From contig JAWXAQ010000008.1 in assembly GCA_034439575.1 (NCBI GenBank), positions 64,001 through 128,000 on the forward strand: a DNA stretch of 64,000 bases, in the 5' to 3' direction. The stretch comes from Leptospira sp. Its GTDB lineage: Bacteria > Spirochaetota > Leptospiria > Leptospirales > Leptospiraceae. Shown here piece after piece: positions 9,791 through 19,803 of this stretch; positions within the stretch are counted from its first letter, which is position 1, and each line of letters begins with the position of its first letter. Made by a program: the position numbers and the translations under genes. A model generated the notes under the pieces. The model saw nothing but the letters and a program-made list of their open reading frames with translations. It was not told where the DNA came from and did no database searches.

Positions 9791-10969
9791 TTAATCAGGA
9801 TTTTGCAACTGGAAGATATCGAGTGGAGTTAAGTCAACAGATATCGGCGTTGGACTAAGAAGGACATTACCTTGATTTGTGTCATAAACATTCAAACCTG
9901 GATTTTTAAAATCAGTCACGCCCACAATTAATTTTCCATCAGCTGTCAGTACTAAACCATTTAGAGTGATACCTGTAGTGCCAGGAATATCAAGTAAAAC
10001 CCCAATTTTTTCTCCGTTTGTCGGTCGAAAGGCCTGTATGGATTTTTTAAAAGAACCGTCGAGCACTATGGCAAATCCCATGTTCTCGTCCTTGATTTGA
10101 AAATTTAAAATGTCACCACTTGCCGTACTTTCTAGAAACAGAGGGTCTGGTCGGAAGGATTTGGTTCGTAGATTAAAAGCCAAGATACCTCCATCATTTT
10201 TTGATAAAAAACCTACAAAGGCAACACATGAAAAGAGTAGATGTGGTTCGCCAAAAATATTTTTTTTATAAATTCTTCCTGAAGGATTTCGAATGGGAAA
10301 TGTATACGCTCTTATCACTTGGTCAAGATTCATATCAATTTCCAAAAGTAGCGATTCAGAGTTAGGTGGAAAATATCCCGAAACATCATTTCTATCCAAT
10401 CTTTGTATGGTGACAAATAAACTGGATTCATGTTGGATCATGGCTCCGATTTCTAAATAAGCATCCGGTCTTCCAGAACTTGAAAATGTCTCACGATAAC
10501 TAGTGAGCGAAATTTCTCCCTGTTGTAATCCGGTTACAGAATTATAAATGGGAATAGAATCTGCATTGTAAAGAGCCACATAATATTTGTTATTCCAGTA
10601 AGAAATGTCTTGTGGATTTTTTCCTTGGCCAACGCTAAAATCTTGTACAGTTAAAAAATTCAAATTTGGATTTAAAACCTGTATGCTGTCACGGTTTAGG
10701 CGATTCACAATAAATACTCTATCATTGAAAAATCGTCCAAATGCATCCGAATGAATGCTGACGGAGGTGGGGGAAGGGGTTAAAGAATTTGGATCAAAGG
10801 ATTTAAATCTTCCTCCGCTACCAAGATCACTTGAGATAACACCTACAGAAGTGGGAGAAGAAAATAATAATAAATATTGGAATAAGTCTGGTTTTTGGAT
10901 TTCCATCTCATTGCAATTCGTGAATAGAAGTAGTGGAATCAAAATTTGAAATTTAAAAAAATATTTCAT
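9791..10969 (-). CDS. Lipoprotein, probable beta-propeller (candidate cobalamin-binding partner)
   Basis: Signal peptide ending LFTNC; beta-rich segments (FIVNRL, NPQDI, YVALY); 1 bp after the TonB-dependent receptor. Confidence 0.65.
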   Translation of the reverse strand: MKYFFKFQILIPLLLFTNCNEMEIQKPDLFQYLLLFSSPTSVGVISSDLGSGGRFKSFDPNSLTPSPTSVSIHSDAFGRFFNDRVFIVNRLNRDSIQVLNPNLNFLTVQDFSVGQGKNPQDISYWNNKYYVALYNADSIPIYNSVTGLQQGEISLTSYRETFSSSGRPDAYLEIGAMIQHESSLFVTIQRLDRNDVSGYFPPNSESLLLEIDMNLDQVIRAYTFPIRNPSGRIYKKNIFGEPHLLFSCVAFVGFLSKNDGGILAFNLRTKSFRPDPLFLESTASGDILNFQIKDENMGFAIVLDGSFKKSIQAFRPTNGEKIGVLLDIPGTTGITLNGLVLTADGKLIVGVTDFKNPGLNVYDTNQGNVLLSPTPISVDLTPLDIFQLQNPD

Positions 10970-10970
10970 A

Positions 10971-13055
10971 TTAAAATCGATAACTCCCAGTTAAATAAAA
11001 ACTTCTTCCAGGCAAAGGATAACCAACCAAATCTTCCACCTGCTTGTTTGTTAGGTTGCGTACTTCGAAAGTCATAAGAAATTCTCTTCCTAATTCTATA
11101 TCGCGATAGGGAATGTATGTGAAAAAACAATTATAAATTTGCCTAGAAGGTAAATAACCATAGTATTCATTGGTTCTATCTCGGAAATTGGCACCGATAA
11201 ATAAATATTCCAATCCGATTTCTCCCCAATCTTTAAAGTAAGTTAAACTAGAACTAATTTGATTTTTGGGACGTAAGGGTAAATATTTTCCATTCAAAGT
11301 ATTTGATTCAGATGTATTTTTAGCATTTTGGTAAGTATATTGAAAGTTAAATTTCCAACCTTTATTCCAGGTTAAAGTGTGACTTGTTTCTATGCCTTTG
11401 ATTAATGCGGAGTCCACATTCTCTGGCCTCAGTGTGAATTGAGAATTTGGTAAAAATAAAATCATATCATAAATTTTCTTTTGAAAGTATGCGATTTCTG
11501 AATCCCACTTCCATTCGGCATTCAATTTGGATTTAAAAAAGAATCCCATATCAGAATTGCGACTCATCTCAGGTCTAAGGCTTGTATTTCCGATGATACT
11601 ACCCCTCTCACCGAATAACTCGATGAAGCTGGGAATTCGAAATTCTTTACTCACATTCCCCATCACTCCAAAATCATATTTATTTTCTTGTAAAATAATC
11701 CATTTAATCCCAAAACTAGGGTTTGTAAAGTCACGCCTGGTTTTAAATTGATCACTGAGAGGATCGTAGATTTGGTTACGAACGGAATTCAAATCCTTTC
11801 CAAATCGATCCGTATATCTATCAAATCTAATTTGTGGTACCAAAAAAAGACGATTTCCAAAAAAACGAAATTCATCTTGGATTTGAAAACTTTGATAGTC
11901 TCTACGTTTTACTGGATCTTTAGATTCTGTTTGGTGATCACTTCGTTTACGCAATCGATCAAAGTATTCTTGTTCGCCATTGATTGAAAGTCTGAGTACT
12001 TGAAAATAATCTAATAAATATATTGTCGGAGATATTTGATATCCGTATTGTTTGATATCTGTTTGTGAATCAGGAATTCCAGATGTAAATTCACTCTTCG
12101 GGTCAAATAAATCGTCACGCGTTAGGTTGTGAAATAGTTTGGTTTCTAAAGTGATAGATTGAAAAATAAATTCTTTTGTATTTGTAGATATCGCTGTTGA
12201 AAATCTAGAGAATTTTCTTCGTACACTTTCGGTTTGTCGGTTCCCAGGGCCAGGTAATCCTTGCATTCGATAAAGAAAATCATTTAAAAAGGAAATTCTT
12301 GTTTTATGGATGTCTAGATTAACATTTCCAGTAAATCCTGCTTTTTCATATTGAGCATTCCTTCGTTTATCTATGGAATCATCATATGTATTAAAAAGTA
12401 GGGTGCCTTTGTTATTAAAATAAGAAAAATCTTGGTCAGATTTTTCACCTAGTCCTTGAAAAAAATAGGACCCCTTCTCGAATGAATTAGAATGCGAAAT
12501 CGTAGACTTGATCGTTTTAAAACTACCACCTTGAAGTGTAATGCGTGTTTGTGGCTTAATTTCATTTGTTTTGGAAACTAAATTAATGGATCCTCCGATA
12601 TTTGAACCTGAAAATCCTGCAGGTGTCGAAGATTTATAAATTTCAATTTTTTCTAAATTATCAAAAGGCAAATCTGCTAAATTGATTTCACCGCCTTGAG
12701 AATTATTGAGTGGAATTCCATTCCAGTAAACTTTTGTTTGGTTAGGATTTGTGCCTCTGATGGAAAGTGTGGAATACGATCCAAGTCCCCCATATTGACG
12801 AATTCGAATCCCCGCCTCTCTTTCTAAAATATCCGGCAATGAGATATATCGATTTTTGGAACCATCTAAGTTGATTTCCTTTTGAAAAGATGTCGGATTC
12901 TTTACGAAGTTTTGGTTTTTATTTGCATTTGAAGATTCGCCCTTAACTTCGATGGGACTTGACTTTGTATCTTCGGCTTGTATAGAAAAATTAAAAAGGA
13001 AGCCATAAATAAGAATTAAATAAAAGAATGATGAATTTAAAATGTGTCGGCGCAT
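10971..13055 (-). CDS. btuB: TonB-dependent receptor, vitamin B12 transporter-like
   Basis: Plug motifs (GGLGSYSTLSIRG, LEKIEIYK, GGSINL); C-terminus GYPLPGRSFYLTGSYRF; preceded by a cobalamin riboswitch. Confidence 0.85.
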   Translation of the reverse strand: MRRHILNSSFFYLILIYGFLFNFSIQAEDTKSSPIEVKGESSNANKNQNFVKNPTSFQKEINLDGSKNRYISLPDILEREAGIRIRQYGGLGSYSTLSIRGTNPNQTKVYWNGIPLNNSQGGEINLADLPFDNLEKIEIYKSSTPAGFSGSNIGGSINLVSKTNEIKPQTRITLQGGSFKTIKSTISHSNSFEKGSYFFQGLGEKSDQDFSYFNNKGTLLFNTYDDSIDKRRNAQYEKAGFTGNVNLDIHKTRISFLNDFLYRMQGLPGPGNRQTESVRRKFSRFSTAISTNTKEFIFQSITLETKLFHNLTRDDLFDPKSEFTSGIPDSQTDIKQYGYQISPTIYLLDYFQVLRLSINGEQEYFDRLRKRSDHQTESKDPVKRRDYQSFQIQDEFRFFGNRLFLVPQIRFDRYTDRFGKDLNSVRNQIYDPLSDQFKTRRDFTNPSFGIKWIILQENKYDFGVMGNVSKEFRIPSFIELFGERGSIIGNTSLRPEMSRNSDMGFFFKSKLNAEWKWDSEIAYFQKKIYDMILFLPNSQFTLRPENVDSALIKGIETSHTLTWNKGWKFNFQYTYQNAKNTSESNTLNGKYLPLRPKNQISSSLTYFKDWGEIGLEYLFIGANFRDRTNEYYGYLPSRQIYNCFFTYIPYRDIELGREFLMTFEVRNLTNKQVEDLVGYPLPGRSFYLTGSYRF

Positions 13056-13056
13056 A

Positions 13057-13099
13057 GTCAGTGTTAGTATCCCAAATCACCTTGGGACCCCTTACTGAC
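13057..13099 (-). promoter_or_regulatory. Hairpin abutting the btuB start codon (probable expression platform)
   Basis: Nested inverted repeats GTCAGT/ACTGAC and TCCCAA/TTGGGA ending 1 nt before the ATG. Confidence 0.55.
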
Positions 13100-13127
13100 A
13101 TAAATAAATCTGTCTGTAAATGTGCTT

Positions 13128-13236
13128 CATTCTCTAGACCACGAAGAAATTAAAGCGGGGAAGATCTGGCTTACACCTTAAAGGTGCTTACAGTTGCGGG
13201 TCAGCTCAAGGAATTTCACCTGATTCCTCCCTAAAG
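13128..13236 (-). ncRNA. Cobalamin riboswitch (compact type)
   Basis: Minus strand reads GGGAGGAATCAGGTGAAATTCCTTGAGCTGACCCGCAACTGTAA-gcacctttaaggtgt-AAGCCAGATC, matching the conserved core and B12-box; lies upstream of btuB. Confidence 0.88.
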
Positions 13237-13246
13237 GTATAAGTTC

Positions 13247-13274
13247 AATTTGTGGAAGTGGTAAAGTGTGTCAA
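13247..13274 (-). promoter_or_regulatory. Putative promoter of the riboswitch-btuB transcript
   Basis: TTGACA-N16-CAAATT about 10 nt upstream of the riboswitch. Confidence 0.45.
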
Positions 13275-13353
13275 TTGATTCGTTTGAAATTTATCGAACA
13301 TCCACAAAGAAAAAAAGCGGACTTCGTAGAATCAAATTAAAAGGTTTGTTTCT

Positions 13354-14352
13354 ATGAAGAAATATGACGTATTTGGCGTTGGAAACGCACTTGTGGATAT
13401 CATCGCGTTTATTGAGCCTAAGTTTTTAGAAAAACAAAAAATTGATAAAGGAATCATGACTCTAGTTGATGAAACTAGACAGGGCGAAATTTTAGCGAAC
13501 CTACATGAAACCAAAAAAGAATTACGATCTGGCGGCAGTGCAGCTAACACGATGATTGCGATCGCAAACTCAGGAGGCACTTGTGCTTATACTGGTAAAG
13601 TGACTCATGATACATATGGTGAATTTTATAAAAAAGATATGGAAGACGCTGGTGTTTTTTTTGAAACCAAACCAGATCCCAATGGTCATACAGGAACATG
13701 TGTTGTATTAACTACGCCAGATGCGGAACGAACCATGCTCACTTCGCTCGGTATTTCAACATCATTGACACCAGATGACATAGATTTGGAAAGATTAAAA
13801 AATTCCCAATTTGTATATGTGGAAGGTTATCTTTGGGATGGTGATTCGACAAAAAAAGCCAGTGAACTTACTATGTCGGAAGCAAAAAAGAATCAAGTAA
13901 AAGTTGCCTTTACTTATAGCGATCCATTTTGTGTGAACCGAAGTCGGGAAGAGTTTCTCCACTTAACAAAAACATACGTTGATGTGGTATTTTGTAATAC
14001 GGAAGAAGGACTCGCTCTCAGTCAAAAATCAACTCCTAAAGAAGCAATCGAATATATGAGTGGTCTTGCAGAACTTGTTTTTATGACTGCAGGGAAAGAT
14101 GGCGCCTATGTTTCTGAAAATGGGAAAATAACACTTGTTCCAGGGTTTCCTGTTAAACCAATTGATACAACGGGTGCTGGTGATGCTTTCGCAGCAGGTG
14201 TGTTATATGGTCTAACTCATGGTTATTCAAATACGAAATCAGCTCGTTGGGGAAATTATGTTGCTTCTCGTATTGTCCAAGAAGTAGGGCCTCGTCTAAC
14301 AGTTAAACTAATGGGGCGACAAGAGGAAATTCTGAAAGATTTTAAAGATTAA
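13354..14352 (+). CDS. PfkB-family kinase (adenosine/inosine kinase-like)
   Basis: GNALVD, SGGSAANT, DAERTM, DTTGAGDAFAAG motifs. Confidence 0.9.
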   Translation: MKKYDVFGVGNALVDIIAFIEPKFLEKQKIDKGIMTLVDETRQGEILANLHETKKELRSGGSAANTMIAIANSGGTCAYTGKVTHDTYGEFYKKDMEDAGVFFETKPDPNGHTGTCVVLTTPDAERTMLTSLGISTSLTPDDIDLERLKNSQFVYVEGYLWDGDSTKKASELTMSEAKKNQVKVAFTYSDPFCVNRSREEFLHLTKTYVDVVFCNTEEGLALSQKSTPKEAIEYMSGLAELVFMTAGKDGAYVSENGKITLVPGFPVKPIDTTGAGDAFAAGVLYGLTHGYSNTKSARWGNYVASRIVQEVGPRLTVKLMGRQEEILKDFKD

Positions 14353-14354
14353 AA

Positions 14355-14747
14355 TTATTTTCTATTAAATTCTTCCCATATAGAATGGATACGGGAAGTG
14401 ATTTCAAGAGGAGCGAAAGGTTTTTCAATTACACCAATTGCTCCTCTTTTTTTATAATCTAATAATTCACTTCTTTGAACTCTCGATGTAAGAAAGATAA
14501 CTGGAATCGATCCTATCTTCGGGTCTGATTTTAGTTCATCTATCATTTGTAAGCCGTCCATTCCTGGCATAAGCACATCAAGAAGAATTAGATCTGGCAT
14601 ATTTTGTTTTGCAATTCGTAATCCGACTTCTCCATTTGTAGCATAAGAAAGTAAAATGTTAGAATTAAATTCTATGGCGATTTTTAGTATTTCAATGATA
14701 TCTTCTTCATCTTCCACAATCAAAACGGAATTTAATGGTCGATTCAT
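14355..14747 (-). CDS. Single-domain response regulator
   Basis: IVEDE, ILLDVLMPGMDG, FLTS, KPF; start moved to ATG 14747 (MNRPLN), just after the kinase stop. Confidence 0.9.
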   Translation of the reverse strand: MNRPLNSVLIVEDEEDIIEILKIAIEFNSNILLSYATNGEVGLRIAKQNMPDLILLDVLMPGMDGLQMIDELKSDPKIGSIPVIFLTSRVQRSELLDYKKRGAIGVIEKPFAPLEITSRIHSIWEEFNRK

Positions 14748-14748
14748 T

Positions 14749-16254
14749 CTATTCTGCTCCAAGTGGAGTTTTGTTTTCAGTCCATATGGGTAATTCGATA
14801 AAAAATGTGGATCCCGATGGAGAGGATTCATAATAAACTGAGCCAAGCATCTGTTCTGTGAAGGCTTTTGTGATAGACAAACCAAGCCCCGAACCACCAA
14901 CTAACTTGTCTTTTGGGGGAGGGCCTTGCACAAATCTATGAAAAAGTCTGGGACGTAAATCAGGATCTATACCTGGACCTAAATCTTTAACTTTGATAAA
15001 TGCATTTTTATCTTTTTCTCCAATGGAAATGGTCACAGAAGAATGTTTAGGCGTATATTTGACAGCATTAGAAATTAAATTTGTGATGCAGTGACTCAGT
15101 CGATCTTCATCTACATATACGAGAATTTGCTTGCAGTTTTTTTCATATTCTAATTGGACGTGGTATTGTTCTGCAAATGTTCGCGTGCCTTCGATCGCAG
15201 ATAGGACGATTTCTTCTAAAGAATGAGGTTTATAAACAAAATTTACATTTCCAGAATCTAATGCTTCAATATCGAGTAAATCACTCACGAACCGCACTAG
15301 ACGCAGGGTATTTTTTCTACAAATATTTAATAAAGACTTTGCTTGGTTACTTAAATCACCTGCCACGCCACCAATCAGTAGTTCAATGGCTCCTTTCACG
15401 GAAGTTAAGGGAGTTCTTAACTCATGACTGACTAAACTTATAAATTCATTTTTGAGTCGTTCGGCTTTTTTTCGAATTGTGATATTTCTAACAATTGCTA
15501 GGACTTCTTTTTCTCCACTTTTGGAAATTCTGATTTCATAATATTTTTCACCATCATATTCATCAGCAGAATATTCCATTGTCGCAAGAGTATCATTAAT
15601 CAAAACCTCACTTGTCATTTTTTTAATTAATTGAATATGTGATTTTGGAAATATTTCATCTACTGATAGAAGTTTTATATCAGAATCAATGTTTTCCCAG
15701 TCGAAAAATTCAGGATACTCTTTATAATTGATTAGTTTTCCCGTATCGTGGATGCGATATAAAAAATCTGGTATGGCACTTAGTATGGCTCTATTTTTTG
15801 TGACTACATTTTCATAACCGATCTCCGCCTTTTTGTGTAAGGTGATTTCATTGACAATTACGATTATGTTTTCTTTTAATGGTAAGATCAAAAAGTCGAA
15901 CCATCTTCCATTGGTATATTTGTATTGATTGATATGTATGATTTTTGATTCTCGAACGGAAGTCAACATACCTTCACCAAGTTCGGTGGTGAGGAGTTCA
16001 GGAAAAACTTTCCACATTTCTTTTCCTAAAAGTTCCTCTTTATCGTGTAATGCCAATTCTTGGCCTTTGACATTTACATGCAAATAACGCCATTGGGAAT
16101 CAAAAACAAACACGGCATCACGAATCAATTCTACGATTTGAAAGAGTAAATCTTTTCCAAATTTATCTTCATTTTTGAAAAGAAGTTGCTTTGCTTCAAA
16201 AAAGCTTTGCTCATCCTTGAAAAAGCCTTTGATTTTTTCTAATTCTTCGTACAT
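14749..16254 (-). CDS. Cytoplasmic PAS-domain sensor histidine kinase
   Basis: SHELRTPL H-box, NLISNAVKY, DLGPGI, GSGLGL; two PAS-like segments; start set at ATG 16254. Confidence 0.92.
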   Translation of the reverse strand: MYEELEKIKGFFKDEQSFFEAKQLLFKNEDKFGKDLLFQIVELIRDAVFVFDSQWRYLHVNVKGQELALHDKEELLGKEMWKVFPELLTTELGEGMLTSVRESKIIHINQYKYTNGRWFDFLILPLKENIIVIVNEITLHKKAEIGYENVVTKNRAILSAIPDFLYRIHDTGKLINYKEYPEFFDWENIDSDIKLLSVDEIFPKSHIQLIKKMTSEVLINDTLATMEYSADEYDGEKYYEIRISKSGEKEVLAIVRNITIRKKAERLKNEFISLVSHELRTPLTSVKGAIELLIGGVAGDLSNQAKSLLNICRKNTLRLVRFVSDLLDIEALDSGNVNFVYKPHSLEEIVLSAIEGTRTFAEQYHVQLEYEKNCKQILVYVDEDRLSHCITNLISNAVKYTPKHSSVTISIGEKDKNAFIKVKDLGPGIDPDLRPRLFHRFVQGPPPKDKLVGGSGLGLSITKAFTEQMLGSVYYESSPSGSTFFIELPIWTENKTPLGAE

Positions 16255-16287
16255 AAGTCCAAATATATCTAAATCAAATACAAAGTT

Positions 16288-17217
16288 ATGATCCAAGTCA
16301 GCAATTTATCAAAATTTTATGGGGAAAAACGGGCTATTTCAGGTCTGAATTTCAAACTCGAAAAGGGTGAAGTCGTCGGTCTTCTTGGCCTAAATGGTGC
16401 AGGAAAAACCACTACGATTCGTATTCTTACCGGATTTTTGATTCCGAGTGCAGGAGATGCTCAAATTGACGGAAAGTCTATTTTTGATTTCCCACTCGAG
16501 GCCAAACGTAAGATAGGTTATCTACCTGAAACACCACCACTTTACGAAGATTTTGCGGTATATGATTACTTAGAGTTTGTTGGTCGTTTGAAACAAATTT
16601 CAGAAAAAGAATTGCCTTCGGAAATCCAAAGGGTACTCGCAAAAACTAACATTGTCGAGATGAAAGATAAATTGATCTCGACTTTGTCTTTAGGATTTAG
16701 AAAAAGGGTAGGCATTGCCCAAGCGATTCTTGGGAACCCGGAAGTAGTGATCATGGATGAGCCCATTTCGGGCCTTGATCCCAAACAAATCGTCGAAATT
16801 AGAAATTTGATTCGAAGTTTAGCAGGAGATCATACTGTTCTTATTTCCAGTCATATCTTAAGTGAAATTTATAAAACCTGCGATAAATTTTTATTTTTGC
16901 ATAATGGTGCATTAAGGCAAGAACTTAGCTTTTCAAAGTTAGATGAAGAAATGAGTAAGTTGGCTGGAATCGAAGTAGGTTTATCAGGTAAATCAAAAGA
17001 AGAAATGGAATCCTTTTTACGTTCATTGCTTAGTTCAGAAGATAAATTAACTTATGTTGGCGGCTCATTTGAAGAAAATATTTTTTTAATTCAAACCAAA
17101 GAACAAAAGTCATTTAAAGAAAAACTTTTTGCAAGTTCTCACAATTCAGGTTTTAACATAGAATCTATCAAAAAACAAGAAGTATCATTGGAACAAATTT
17201 TTTTGGAGAAAATATGA
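16288..17217 (+). CDS. ABC transporter ATP-binding protein (GldA-like)
   Basis: [42 protein letters not shown]. Confidence 0.9.
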   Translation: MIQVSNLSKFYGEKRAISGLNFKLEKGEVVGLLGLNGAGKTTTIRILTGFLIPSAGDAQIDGKSIFDFPLEAKRKIGYLPETPPLYEDFAVYDYLEFVGRLKQISEKELPSEIQRVLAKTNIVEMKDKLISTLSLGFRKRVGIAQAILGNPEVVIMDEPISGLDPKQIVEIRNLIRSLAGDHTVLISSHILSEIYKTCDKFLFLHNGALRQELSFSKLDEEMSKLAGIEVGLSGKSKEEMESFLRSLLSSEDKLTYVGGSFEENIFLIQTKEQKSFKEKLFASSHNSGFNIESIKKQEVSLEQIFLEKI

Positions 17218-17945
17218 ATTTTCAAACCGCTCTTTGGATTTTTAAAAAAGAACTGAAATTATTTTTTGGAACTTATATGGGTCCACTAGTGTTAGGTGGG
17301 ACTGCCTTTCTAAACGCTTTGTTTATTATGATACTAAACTTTAATGGTAGAGCAAATTATGAAGAGGCGACTGTCGTCACATTTGTATCATTTATGACAA
17401 CCATACTCATCGCTATGATTATTATTTCTATGGGTTCTATCGTAGAAGAAAAAAATAAAGGCACACTTGAACTATTATTTACGAGTCCTATCACGGATGC
17501 TGATATCGTCCTCGGTAAATTCTTGTTTGGTGTGACAATTTGTGGAATCATCACTGTTTTTATCAATGGTTTGTTTCCTATCCTACTTTATTCTTATTGG
17601 CAAGCACCTTTGTATATCGTTTGCGCAGGTTCAATTGGAGTTTTTTTACTGGGAACATTCACATATACTGTCGGGTTATTTGCTTCTAGTTTGGCAAAAA
17701 ACCAAATGATTTCTCTACTTATTTCCGTGCTCATCATACTCACACTTTGGGTAGTTGGATATTTTTCTCATCTATTCCAAGCTACAACTAGAAAAGTATT
17801 ATTTCATTTGCATATTTTTTCGCATTATATAAGTTTTTCGAAAGGTGTTTTGCCACTAACGAGCATAATTTTCTTTTTGAGTGGTACGTTTTTGTTTTTA
17901 TATCTGACAATCAAAGTTCTCGAATCCAGAAGATGGAGAGGATAA
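17214..17945 (+). CDS. ABC-2 permease (GldF-like)
   Basis: About six TM helices; [21 protein letters not shown]; ends ESRRW. Confidence 0.85.
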   Translation: MNFQTALWIFKKELKLFFGTYMGPLVLGGTAFLNALFIMILNFNGRANYEEATVVTFVSFMTTILIAMIIISMGSIVEEKNKGTLELLFTSPITDADIVLGKFLFGVTICGIITVFINGLFPILLYSYWQAPLYIVCAGSIGVFLLGTFTYTVGLFASSLAKNQMISLLISVLIILTLWVVGYFSHLFQATTRKVLFHLHIFSHYISFSKGVLPLTSIIFFLSGTFLFLYLTIKVLESRRWRG

Positions 17946-17949
17946 TTAA

Positions 17950-19803
17950 ATGAGTTTTTCTTTAGAACGTATTTTCCCTTTTTTGAGTGTAGTTACGCTT
18001 TTTGTTTTTTTCCTTTTGGATGGAATGGTAGTCGATCCCTCTAAAAGATTAGTTTGGTTACTGTGTGTCTTTATACTTCTTTTTTCTGATACACTGTATC
18101 GTATTTTTTCGTCTGGTCTGCGAAAGATAGATCAGAATCGTTATATCGGAACGGGCCTTGGATTTGGGTCGTTTTTATTGTATCTCTTGCGTGATTGGTT
18201 GGATGTCAATGTATCAGGTGTTAACCCGGAAGTAAGTTCTATTCCAAAAATCAGAGAACTCTTACTTTTGATTTTGATTATTTTTGCTTTTTCCTTTTTG
18301 TTGCAAGTAGTCTTACTCGAAATTGGACGTGCATCGCTTGAAGCTCAGAGTAATCTTTCCAAATCTAAAAGTTCACTTCTCCAAAATGCATTACTTGGTT
18401 TTCTAATTTTACTCCCAATTCTTGTAGCGATCAATTATTTTGCCATCAAACGAAATTATAATTTTGATTTAAGTTCAAAAGGAAAATATTCTCTTTCCCC
18501 AATTGCACGAAATTTACTAAAGCAAATTACCAAAGAAACAAATATAACCGCTTTTTATCCAAGACCTTTAGAAGCTGATGGCCCTGCAAATTCTTTTGCG
18601 TTAACGCGTGTTCGTCCCGATGTAGAGATTATGCTCGATCAAATTAGGGCAGAAAATCCTTTGATCTCAGTTCAATTTATCAATGCGGACGTTGAAACAG
18701 ATTTATTGAAAGATTTCCCGCAAGCAGCTAACGGTAGCATTGTGATAAGGTGTAAAAAAGTTTCACTATTAAATAGCAAAACGCCATACACAGAAGAAAA
18801 AATATTTATCAAGGAACCAGCTGATTTAGAAGAGATGGAGAGAAAAATAATCTCAGCTCTTTTTACCGTTTCCACAGAACAAAAGAAAGTTTATTTTACG
18901 ACTTCAAATGGGGAAAGGTATGGAATCGGATTTAAAACCGTTCCCAACGAACAAATCAATCGATTCACAACAAATTTGCAATTTTTAAACTTCAAAGTAG
19001 AGGAATGGGGGTTTTCAAATGGATGGCCTTCTAATTTACCAACTGACGCTGATATGGTGGCGATCATTGGACCTACGGTTCCTTTTTCGCCTGAGGCACA
19101 GACAGAAATTAAAAAATTCGTTTTAGAAAAAAATGGAAAAATATTTATCACTATTGATCCTAGAGGTTCTGAAGATTTTTCTTGGTTACTGAATATTTCT
19201 GGTTTGTCATACGCTAATGAAACATTGGTCGAAGTCGTTCAAAAACCAGGTGTCATCGTCGCCAAACGTCTAGCTGAAAATAAACTTACGGAAATGTTAC
19301 CTAAAAAAGATGTAGGAGTATTGTTCCCTTATAGCGGTACGCTTAGTACGGTTTCAGCAGGAGCGAATCCATTTTTATTTAAGTCAGAAAATTTACTTGA
19401 AACAGGTTTTGATGTATTTTCAGATAAAAACAAAAATTCAAAGTTAGATGGAGATGAAAAGAAAGAAAATAAAATCCTTTCTGTTTTACTCACTCCCTTA
19501 TCTCTAACGGATGAAAAGAAAGGTAGAATCGTTTTGCATTCAGGGACTTCTTGGATCACGGATCAATATATATCATATGCTATCAACGCACCTTTTGCCA
19601 ATGCACTTGTCACTGGACAATTTTTAGATACTGCCATCGCAGAGATTCCGAAAAAGAAAGAAGAATCAAATACGATTTCCCTTTCAGATAATCAAAAATT
19701 AATCGTGTGGGCAATAGGTGTATTTTTATATCCAGGATTTATTTTTGCGCTCGGTGCGTACTATGTAAGTGCAAAACGTAGAAAGTCTGTCGTAGAAGTA
19801 TGA
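17950..19803 (+). CDS. GldG-family ABC accessory membrane protein
   Basis: N-terminal TM helices, FDLSSKGKYSLS motif, KKVYFTTSNGE, C-terminal TM. Confidence 0.8.
   Translation: MSFSLERIFPFLSVVTLFVFFLLDGMVVDPSKRLVWLLCVFILLFSDTLYRIFSSGLRKIDQNRYIGTGLGFGSFLLYLLRDWLDVNVSGVNPEVSSIPKIRELLLLILIIFAFSFLLQVVLLEIGRASLEAQSNLSKSKSSLLQNALLGFLILLPILVAINYFAIKRNYNFDLSSKGKYSLSPIARNLLKQITKETNITAFYPRPLEADGPANSFALTRVRPDVEIMLDQIRAENPLISVQFINADVETDLLKDFPQAANGSIVIRCKKVSLLNSKTPYTEEKIFIKEPADLEEMERKIISALFTVSTEQKKVYFTTSNGERYGIGFKTVPNEQINRFTTNLQFLNFKVEEWGFSNGWPSNLPTDADMVAIIGPTVPFSPEAQTEIKKFVLEKNGKIFITIDPRGSEDFSWLLNISGLSYANETLVEVVQKPGVIVAKRLAENKLTEMLPKKDVGVLFPYSGTLSTVSAGANPFLFKSENLLETGFDVFSDKNKNSKLDGDEKKENKILSVLLTPLSLTDEKKGRIVLHSGTSWITDQYISYAINAPFANALVTGQFLDTAIAEIPKKKEESNTISLSDNQKLIVWAIGVFLYPGFIFALGAYYVSAKRRKSVVEV

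Noticed and set aside
14748..14900. N-terminal extension of the response regulator
   Set aside because: Overlaps the kinase 3' end; the receiver domain begins at ATG 14747
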